In this document: one piece after another, positions 54,909-64,000 of the stretch
Layout: the number at the start of each line of letters is the position of its first letter
Position numbering within the stretch: position 1 is the stretch's first letter
Assembly (NCBI GenBank): GCA_023213395.1
Contig: CM041465.1
Location: forward strand, 113,839,741 to 113,903,740
From: Cycas panzhihuaensis
Lineage: Eukaryota > Plantae > Cycadophyta
Length of the DNA: 64,000 nt
Reading direction: 5' to 3'
The notes under the pieces: model-generated
Databases searched by the model: none
The model's input: only the letters and a program-made list of their open reading frames with translations
Told to the model about the DNA's origin: nothing
Made by a program: the position numbers and the translations under genes

Positions 54909-57443
54909 TGTTTCCCGCCTGTGAATGGATACTAATCACCGACTCGTAAGTGTGTGTATGTCTCTAGCATTATCATCACTTTTATGTACCGATTGTCCGC
55001 CACATATTTGCATGCGTATGACTTTGTGGGCGGCCCGGTCGTCGTCCACACCTATGTTTAGCCTATGACGACTATAGCAGGGGCACACTCTTAGCGAGTG
55101 TGGCACCTTGGTGACCGTACTTCCCGTGATCCGCCCTCCTCTCTCCTGGATCCACCGGGTTTGCGCCACCTCCACCCGTGTGATGTCTCAGGGTCGCCTG
55201 GTTAGCTTGCCACCTCATTTGGGGGCCTATTTCGCCTCCAGTGGGCCGTTTCTTGGCTTGTTTGCTCCGGTGGGTGTTTTAGTTGTCCTTTAGCCTTTTC
55301 GTAGTTTGCCCCACTGGACCGGTTGGGCCCCATTTGTGTCTCCAGTGTATACTGGCGTAATCTTCGCGGCATCAGTGATCTTGTGATACCACGAAATTTT
55401 CATGATCACTGGAATATTCAGCGTCTTGCTAAAGTTTCCGTGATCTGTTGTCTCTGCTTGTTTTTAAAATCCGTGGCAATTTCGCATTTATTGCGAACCG
55501 CCACGTGGTTCGCGCCTTTTCTCCTCCCACCGTGGTACTATTCGCGTACTTTAGGGTTTTGCTTTAGTACTTAAACATCTTTTGTCTCTCTCTTTTGGAT
55601 CTTTTTACTCACTTTTAGATTTACTCTCAAGAGGAACACTCTCCTGCTCTGCTCTCTTCTCATTTCTTCTGCAATGGACCTACACTCTTCATCTGACCTT
55701 GACTCTCCTTTGGCTTGGCCGAGACATTCTCTCGGCCCTCAAACGCCTTGAGAGGGCTCCTTTGAAGCGGTTTCGGTATTTTCTACCCAGGCGATCCACG
55801 AGCTCCCGTTTGCAGTGTTTCCGTTCCACCTCCATAGCAGGGCCCGCTGCTCTATTCAGATCTCTGTTTGTTCCAGCCCTTCTTCGCTGTCTTTTGGCTG
55901 GGGCAAATCCCTTGCCTCCCTTTCCAGGTACTCTTCACTTTGTATTTGTTTTGGTGATATTTACACTTCAGCTTATTTGTTCTCATTTGTTGCTTGAGAG
56001 TTGGTTTTCCTCCCTCTTGAGGACTAACTGCCACTCTCCCTCCTTCTTACTGCGTTCTTTGTCCAAGGCCCGGCGTTGAGGGGTTGCATAGGCTTTGGAG
56101 AGGAGCTGGGTGGATTCCGCACCACCTGCCACGCTCCCTAAGCGGCTCAAAGCCCTCCAAAGCCTCCCTCTCGCCCCGTGCTACTCTTGGCTTGCAAACA
56201 AGGGTTCGAAGGCTCCCCTTGGTTGCCCAAACCAAATACTGTCACAAGTTGCGGCGATTTGGGACCCTTTATTCAGTTTGGGTGCCATCCATAGGCCCCA
56301 ACCGCGGGTTCTTGCTCCACCTTTGCTCCCGGTTGCGGTTTGCTCCCCGTAGCATCCGGTTCCCGTGGGTGTCTTTGGGTCTTTCTTGCCCCTTCTTGCG
56401 GTAGTTTTCCGGCCTTGAGTCTTGACTTTCTCTTGCCGTGGCTCTTGGGGAGGTTTGGGCACCATTTGCGGGCGGTAGGCCACTCCGAGGCTTACCTTGT
56501 TGTTTCCTTTCATTTGGATCGTTCTTCTTTGGTATTTTCCTTATTGGACTAACATTGATGCATGTACATTTAGACTCTCATTTATGTTGCTAGACATATA
56601 TTGCTAGATCTTTGTGTTGCATATAGGTGTTCTCCCCGGCAGAGGGAGACCTTTGTTGCTTATGTACTCGGGACGCGGAGAACGTTGCGTTGCCCCCTTC
56701 CACCGTGGCGTCCCTTGCATGTGTCATATTTTATGCTATCTCATTTGCTAGTTAGCGTTTCTTTCCTTCCTTGATATCGCATTTACTTTTCACGGGAAGG
56801 TAAGGAAGCCCCTTTCGCTTGCCACATTTCACATCCCAGATGCGCTGAGTGGTTGGGTGCTCTTCTGAAGGCTACGCCATCTCTCACGCCTTGGCCCGGT
56901 GCACGCTCCGTTCCTTCGCACCCTCGGTCTTTTTCCTTCTTTTATTCTTTCCCTAGTAATTAGAACATCTAAAGATTAAAAGGGAATTTTGCCTTTTGTA
57001 TTGGTTTTGCGATTTGTTTGCCTTGTTGCATGTACTTTTGTATTCGTAGGGAAGGTTGTAGGAGTCTTCTTCTCTCTTACCCTTCCTCCCTCTTCCTTAG
57101 CCGCGCGAGCGCCTTGCTTCACGCATCGCTCGTATACCCGGTTGGATTGCATAGGATTGTTCTTGGCCTATCCTTGTTAGGTTCTTTCTCTCTCCCTTCT
57201 GGCCACCCAAGGGTGGGAGGGGCCTACTCCCAGGTCAACCCGGGTTCGTCTTACGTATCTTCGCCCTTCGCTCAAGGCGGTGAAGGGTCACCCAAGAGTA
57301 GCCATACTCCATTGCGGATCCCGAACTCGCGCTCGTGCCAAGCGGGCGCTCTGGTAGTTGCTTGCCTTGTAGGTTCCACTTCCCAGTTTCGTCACCATCT
57401 CTCCCCGCCTATCGGTCGGTGGTTATCCGTAGCGGTAGCGTCA
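54909..57443 (+). repeat. 5' LTR of Tat/Ogre-like element
   Basis: First ~720 bp match 63262-64000; ends in CA before the PBS. Right end is inferred from the PBS only. Confidence 0.78.
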
Positions 57444-58739
57444 CTGGCGACCATACTGGGGCGCCAATGGGGAGCTAGTCTCGCTCTCTTCGGTTGGTTT
57501 CGCTACTCTGCGTGATCCTTTCTATACATCTTGACCTCCACGTTGGGCGGCCCCAACGCGTGTTATCTGGTTCCTTCTCTTTTCACGACATCGTCGGCCG
57601 ACCTTGCATGCGCCGTTTCTCTCGTCGTTTGCGCGGTCTACCCCTTTGTTAGAAGACCCAGTATAGCCTTCTTGCCTCGTCGGATCCCGATCGACTATGG
57701 AAGGGTACTCTTGATTGGACCTACCACGCTTGGTTATGGAAACCCAAGCTCTTCCTTCATCATTCGAGTCCACCCAAGAGGGTGGCGACTCCTTTACTAC
57801 CCGATCGATCAACACCTTTCTTGTGCTCCCCATCCTTCTACCCACGGTAGAGGGATCCGTTCCTCCCGAGGATTGCCACGCGTTGGCGATTTTATGAGGA
57901 ACCTTGAGATGGACATGCCTTGTTCGAGGTCCCGATCACCTCTTATGGGTATGTGGGGACTCCTCCTGGACGTGCTTGAGGCTCTTGACGGATGCCGTGC
58001 GGCATGCTCTCAACCACGTCCGAATGGCTTGAGGGTGTCTTGCGCAGGGAGCCTCTTCCTCCCCGCTCTTCCCCTCACGCTTCATCCTCGTCCGCCTTTC
58101 CCGTGACAACAAACCCTTTCGTGCCTACGCGTGCGCCCCATTCGTTTCCTGCAGTGGGGGCACGTGTGGCACCTTCCATCCCTTGTCAAGGCCCTAATGC
58201 CTTAGGGCCTTCTCACGGTGTGTCTGTCCCTCAACTGGGGGTTAGCATACCCATTCCCGATCCAACTAATGTGCCGTCCCCTAATCTGGCACATGCTGCT
58301 CCTAGTAGGCCTAGTCGCCCTGCTAGCCTTCCAGCCGCCAGTCAGGTGGGATTTGTTCCCACGCATCCTCCAACCCAGCGCGTTGGTGCTTCTTTCTACG
58401 TTCCCCCAGGGTATACTTCTCAACCTTGGTGGTAGGGAAGCCGCCTTCCCGCTTATGGGTGGATCCGCTACACCCATACGGAATGGCCCCACCCACGGTG
58501 GCCGTATGGGCGTAACTTGCTCGCATCCCTCTTGTCCGCCATCCAATGCAATTCCATCCGTTGTGCCTCGTAAGGGAACTGACTCCTTCCAAGGCGCCTT
58601 TTCCACGCCTGTCGCCAGGGTGGTTCCTCAAGGAGGGATGGGTGTCCCACCCCCATCCGCCTCGCGCGCCACCTACTTCGACGTTCGTTGATCCTACTTG
58701 CCTGTGCAAGGGCGCGCCTTCGTGGACTTTAGGTCAACC

Positions 58740-61700
58740 CTCTCGGTTGAGGCGTTGCGAACCAACTTGCCGCCTCATCCTCCGAAGTTCCTAGATTCGA
58801 TGGGACTTCGTCAGAAGACCCATGAGCATGTCCGTAGTTTCTCTATGGCATGCATCACCATCGGGCTTACGACCATATTTTGATGAAACTCTTTCCTCGA
58901 TCCTTGCAGGTGACGCCCTTAAATGGTTTTATCGCCTCCCCGCCCACTCACTATTCATTCCAAAGAATTGGTGGACGAGTTCATCAATTACTTTGATGTA
59001 GCTTCGCCCATTCGAGAGCGGATGAAATCCTCTCTCTCTCAAACAAGGTCACGATGAGATGAATCGTGACTTTGTGCGGCGATTCCACGATCCGCCCACT
59101 CCACCAAGGCGACTTTGCCCGAGGAGTCAAGCGGACTGCTTGTCAATGCACCGTCCCAAGTCCACGTGGAAGTCCTCAAGATGGGGACGACCACGTGTGA
59201 TTCCGCGATCGCCAAGTGCTTGGCGTTGGAGGCTATTGAGATCCAAGCTGGTCTCAAGAAACCTCTTAAGCCCTCACAACGCCGTGAGGCACCACCCCCT
59301 ACCAAAGACGCTAAACCTTCTCAGCCGACGCGGTCTTCCTCTCATTCTACCGAGAGGACCTTAGATCCCCTCACATCAGCTATACGCTCGTTCGAGCGTA
59401 CGATGAAGGAGCTCAAGCTTCAAGGTCCTTCGTCTCCTACTTCAAACAAACAAGTCCAACAAACTACCCAAGCTCCTCTTCCTGTGAATCGGAACGCCCA
59501 GTCCTCCCAAGCGAGAAGGTCCGACCCTCCGCTTGAGAAGAAGTGGTGTTCCATTCATGGGGATTGCTTCCATGACGATTCACGTCAGGGCCCAAAGATC
59601 CAAAGGATGCCCCTCGACGCGATTCCTCTCCCAAACGGGCCTCAAGGCCTAATCTAGACTAACCTGTTCACAAGGATCCGTTCCCTAAACATGGGGAACG
59701 TGATCGCAACCCCCAAACCAAGAACAACCGTAACCGAGGAAGATCACCTGATCCCCGCCCTTCCCGCGACAAAGGGAAGGGCGCCCGGAACTCTTCTTCC
59801 TCTTCTCGTTCTCCGGCCACTGCATCTGCCGCCTTCACGAATTCCTAATAGGGGGAAGACGGTGATTCGGTTGCATGGAGCAACGCCGACTTTCGCGCGT
59901 ACGCGACCCCAAACTGCGAAGGAGGCGGCGGAGCCGGGTTCTTCCGCTCCTTCCGATCCCTTCCGGAGACCCTTCCTCCGGAAATCCCTCTTTTCCCCAA
60001 GGCTATTCCTGTGTGCCCGGGTCGTTACAACTTTCGAAGGGCACTTACCCAACCCACTGGGAAGGGTAAACCCTTCTCCGTCGTGGACGAGCTCCATACG
60101 GCCGCCGCAGAATGTCCTTGATGGACGCTTCCGAGGAGTTGTCCCGAGCAACGGCCCTCCTCCTGGAAGCTTTAGGATCGGAGATGTGCCCACGCTTTGC
60201 CGCCCAAGGTGGCGGACCCACTATTTCCTTCGATCCTAAGGATCTTCCTCCCGCCGGTGAACGGAACGTCGGTGGAACTTCCCATTCACCATCACGATCG
60301 ACACTTTGATTGTACCCTCCAAGAACTGTTGTCGACAACGGCTCTTACATCGATGCCATGCCCTTGCGTGTTATGCAAGAGCTTGGTATCTCCGCTTTGG
60401 AACCTGCTCGGCGATGCCAAGGGTATGACTGGCGAGAAGACCCTCTCGAACTGCCGCGATTCCGCCACCCTTGGGGCAAAACTGTTCTGCCGATGTTGTA
60501 GTCCTCGACGTTGACGTGGATTACAACCTCCTTCTAGGTCGCCCATGGCTCGACCAAATGGGAGCCGTGTATTCGACCCTTTGGGGACAGCTTAAATTCG
60601 TCCATGACGGACGGATGAGAGTGGTTCCCCGTGAACGTCCTTTTGCCAAACAAACTCGTTATGCCAATTCGGCAAGAAACCAAGGTTCACCCACTCACGC
60701 CTCGGCTTGTTCAATTGGTATACCCAATCCGTCAGAAGAAGATCCCACATCTTCCCTTCCTAGTCTCGCACGTTTTGCCCCTATTGGCGCTGGAGTTATG
60801 GGTACCTTGCTTGCTCAATGATGATGAATCGCTGACGGAGACGAGGGTTGTCTCCACCCCATTTCTTTCCTTCGCGCAATGGGTCGCACTGCCTCGCCTA
60901 GACCCTCGCTTTGGAACCTCTCGTTGGTGAGACTAGCCCCTCGTGTCACACACCATCGCTCGGCCGACCCGCCCGCCGCCGCTTCTTCTTTTTCATCACC
61001 CCGCAGTGATGGTTTTGAGGAATTGCCTTCGCCTCCTCGAGGAGCCTCTTCCGTTTTCCTTGATTTCCATGAAGGAGTTGAGCGATCCGATGATCACCCC
61101 GTCCGTTGCTCCTTTCCCTTCTAGCGCTTCTTCTACTCGAAATAGGGTCATCCATGGAGTGGACTATTTCGAGGATGATGAAGCCTCGCTGAGCACCCAG
61201 GCCTTGCACCTAATCGCCTTTCGGTCACCACCTACCTGGCCACGGAAGATCCTTGCGATCGGATCCACGCCACGATCCGATCCCTCCTATTCCTCCTCCT
61301 CCCGCTAATCTTGCCTCTTCACTTTGAAGAGGGCAATGCCATGTGCATGGGGAATTCAAGACGTAGTCTTGGCCCCGGGCAAGGTCATCAGGGATGGGGC
61401 GGTGTGCTCTCCTGATGAGAATAGGGAATATTCCCTTCTGTTCCAGGAAGTTCGAGACATTGTTGCGTGGGATTATGCTGACATGAAGGGAATCGACTCC
61501 TCGATTGTCACTCATAACCTCACCACCCTTCCCGGCGCCCACCACATGCGCGGTCAAGGCTCCCTTCACCAAGCTTTACGCCACCGCCAAGATGGAGGTA
61601 GAAAAGCTCCTGGACGCTGAGCTCGAATATCTCCATGACCGTTTGACCAAATTCCAACCCCTTGGTCGGTCCTTTTGTCATTATCGAATCTCTCGATAAT

Positions 61701-62850
61701 GGCGCCTATAGGATAGCCACCGGAGGGGCTCGAATTTGAGAAAGCCGTTAATGGGATGTTCCTTAAGAAGTTTTACGCTTGACCCTTCTACGATCCCTCG
61801 CCTCGCCTCAAACGAGCCTAAACTACCATCTTAGGTTGTCCCCATTCTTCCCAAGCGTGTAGAATGGCTATTTAAGATGGACCCCGCTTGTCTCTCTCGG
61901 GTTCCGTCCAGCGGAACCCGCGTTCCGTATCCTCCTGGGAACCTTGGTCCTCTCGCTTGGGCATCTCCCAACCGGAGGACGCTTGGGGGCATTGTTGCCC
62001 CTCTTTCCTGTCTAGCGTTTCCTTCGCATATCCCGTTATGCTCTCCTGCAGACATGTATGCCGTCCTCGCCCTAACCTCACACGTCCATGTCGCCCCGTG
62101 CACGGCATGTGTGTGCGCCCCTGTTAGGTGTGTGTGGTTATACATGGAAGGAAACGTGCATCATCCAATAAAATGTTCATAACATGAATCACCTACTACA
62201 CAACATAACACTCACCCCATGCATATATACATATCAAAATCATGTCATCATACATCTTGGGAAGCTGGTGTCCTTGCAGGGGGGGTACAATCATATGGTC
62301 CTATATATGACCCCCTGGAGGCCCGTGCTTTCCTCTGCCAAACTATCCATCCATGTTCATCCGCTGGGTCTCGCTCCCGGGCGCCTCATTCTTAGGTCCT
62401 CCTACCCTTGACGGCCACCTGTTGTCTGTTTTCTAAGTGTTGCCTTAATCACTGATCATCTGCTTGGATTTTGTGTCACCTATGTCCTGCTCACATCTTT
62501 ACCGATGGCTAAGCCGCAGAACCCTCGACCTTCAATTGCGTGGATTCTCCGCACTTCTTCCGTTATGATCTCCTCCGCCTGGGATCTTCCTCCCGAGGCT
62601 ACCAACAATGAAGTCGAGTATACACCGCCATCAAGCCCTTACCGATGCCCTTCGCTTCCATCATGGACCCGTTGTTTTGCTCGCGACTCTCAAGTTGTGG
62701 TGTCTCATCTCACCCAGTTCACGGTGCGATGCCCTCACTGAGGACTCTTGCTTCGCCAGATCCCTCCCGGCCCGCTTTCTCTTGTTGATATCCAAAGATA
62801 TCCCTCGGGCTCTCAATGCCGAGGCGAGATAGCCTTGTTCGCCTCATCCT
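58740..62850 (+). pseudogene. Tat-like gag, protease, truncated RT and additional RNase H remnants, heavily frameshifted
   Basis: LMKLFPRSL.GDALKWFYRLP; VVDNGSYIDAMP; YNLLLGRPWLDQMGAVYST; IVAWDYADMKGIDSSIVTHNL...EVEKLLDA; ATNNEVEY...DSQVVVS...IPRALNAEA. Confidence 0.8.
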
Positions 62851-63261
62851 TGAGCGCTTTGCCTCGGCCGACCGTCCCCGAGTCTCGCTTGGCCTTCCTG
62901 CCGCCCAAGCCTCGGTAGTTGGTCGCCTCCCGCATGATCTACTCGCACCTCCGAAATCGGGTTGCTAACGAGGTAAAACTATGGTACCCACCATTTGTTC
63001 CCCACGTGGTCCTGCATGCTCCTTTGCATTCATTGTGGTGGGGCGGCCCCTACTTTGTCTCTTTCTCCCATCGGTTTCCGTGTGGCTCATGGCGGCCCTA
63101 TGTTGTCTCCACCGCCAGATCCACGCGTTCCGCCACGACACTCTCCGGCACCCTTGCCTACTGATCTGATCTTGATTGATATATCTAAATACACATAACA
63201 ACAGTTGCCAAGATTCGCCATCGCATCGCCCGAGCCGAGGCGGCGAGGCTCACGCTATAAG

Positions 63262-64000
63262 TGTTTCCGGCCCGGAATGGATACTAATCACCGACTCAGG
63301 TAAGTGCAGGTATGTCTCTGGCATTATCATCACTTTTATGTACTGATTGTCTGCTTACATATTTGCATGCGTATGACTTTGTGGGCGGCCCGGTCGTCGT
63401 CCACACCTATGTTTAGCCTATGACGACTATAGCAGGGGCACACTCTTAGCGAGTGTGGCACCCTGGTGACCGACATATTACTTCGCATTCCGCCTCCTCT
63501 CTCCTCGGATCCACCGGGTTTGTGCCACCTCCACCGTGTGATGTCTCATCGTCCGCTTGGTTAGCTTGCCACCACATTTGGGGCCTATTTCGCTCCCGTG
63601 GGCCCGCTTTCTTGGCTTGTTTGCTCCGGTGGGTGTTTTAGTTGTCCTTTAGCCTTTTACCGCTTTGCCCCGTACTGACCGGTTGGCGGGCCCCATTTGT
63701 GTCTCCAGGTGTATACCGCCGTAATCTTCGTGGTACCGTCGTGATCTTCGCAGATCACGGGAATTTTCGCAGATCACTGGAATATTCGCAGGTCGCTAAA
63801 GTTTCGTGACGACTGCCTCGCTTGTTTTTTAAAATCCGCTGTGGCAATTCAAGATTTATTGCGAAACCGCCACGTGGTTCGCGCTTTTCTCCCTCCCAGT
63901 GCCCTATTCGCGTGCATTTTAGGGTTTTGCTTTAGTACTTAAACATCTTTTGTCTCTCTCTTTGGATCTTTTTACTCACTTTTGGATTTACTCTCAAGAG
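63262..64000 (+). repeat. 3' LTR (partial) of Tat/Ogre-like element
   Basis: Colinear with 54909-55633. Confidence 0.92.

Larger units (their letters stand above)
54909..64000 (+). mobile_element. GC-rich Tat/Ogre-like Gypsy deletion derivative with ~2.5-kb LTRs; 3' LTR runs off the window
   Basis: 5' LTR 54909-57443 and 3' LTR from 63262; PBS ctggcgaccatactgggg; gag, protease, RT N-terminus and additional RNase H remnants. Confidence 0.85.

Noticed and set aside
54936-58700. Numerous overlapping 60-190 aa ORFs on both strands
   Set aside because: Expected in GC-rich LTR and leader DNA; no recognisable domains; frames probably distorted by indel errors

Overview
Plant nuclear, essentially gene-free heterochromatin (old, heavily C>T/G>A-decayed retroelements; a large seed-plant, gymnosperm-like genome is my inference). 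No intact host gene is present. From left to right: the 3' end of an L1-type LINE with RNase H (1-2335), a (TA)n tract, an intronless LAMMER/AFC kinase pseudogene (~3411-4290), then four nests of LTR retrotransposons, most with boundaries fixed by LTR pairs, PBS, PPT and 5-bp TSDs. Nest 1: deleted Copia 5379-25289 > Athila-like Gypsy 7246-23125 > non-autonomous gag-only element A 8979-15503 (-). Nest 2: degenerate Tekay-like Gypsy > gag-only element B 26536-31167. Nest 3: Reina-like chromovirus 36111-50221 (-) > Copia 40765-49545 > gag-only element C 42576-45409 (-). Nest 4: degenerate Copia from 51208, whose 3' LTR is split by a GC-rich Tat/Ogre-like deletion derivative (54909 to window end). 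The most notable item is element A: it carries, antisense to itself, a CpG-retaining cassette of fused host-gene pieces (XLG G-protein 5' end + GTE8/10-type BET C-terminus + NPY/NPH3 domain + unidentified pieces), i.e. a gene-shuffling LTR vehicle. All family assignments come from recalled motif similarity, not database searches.
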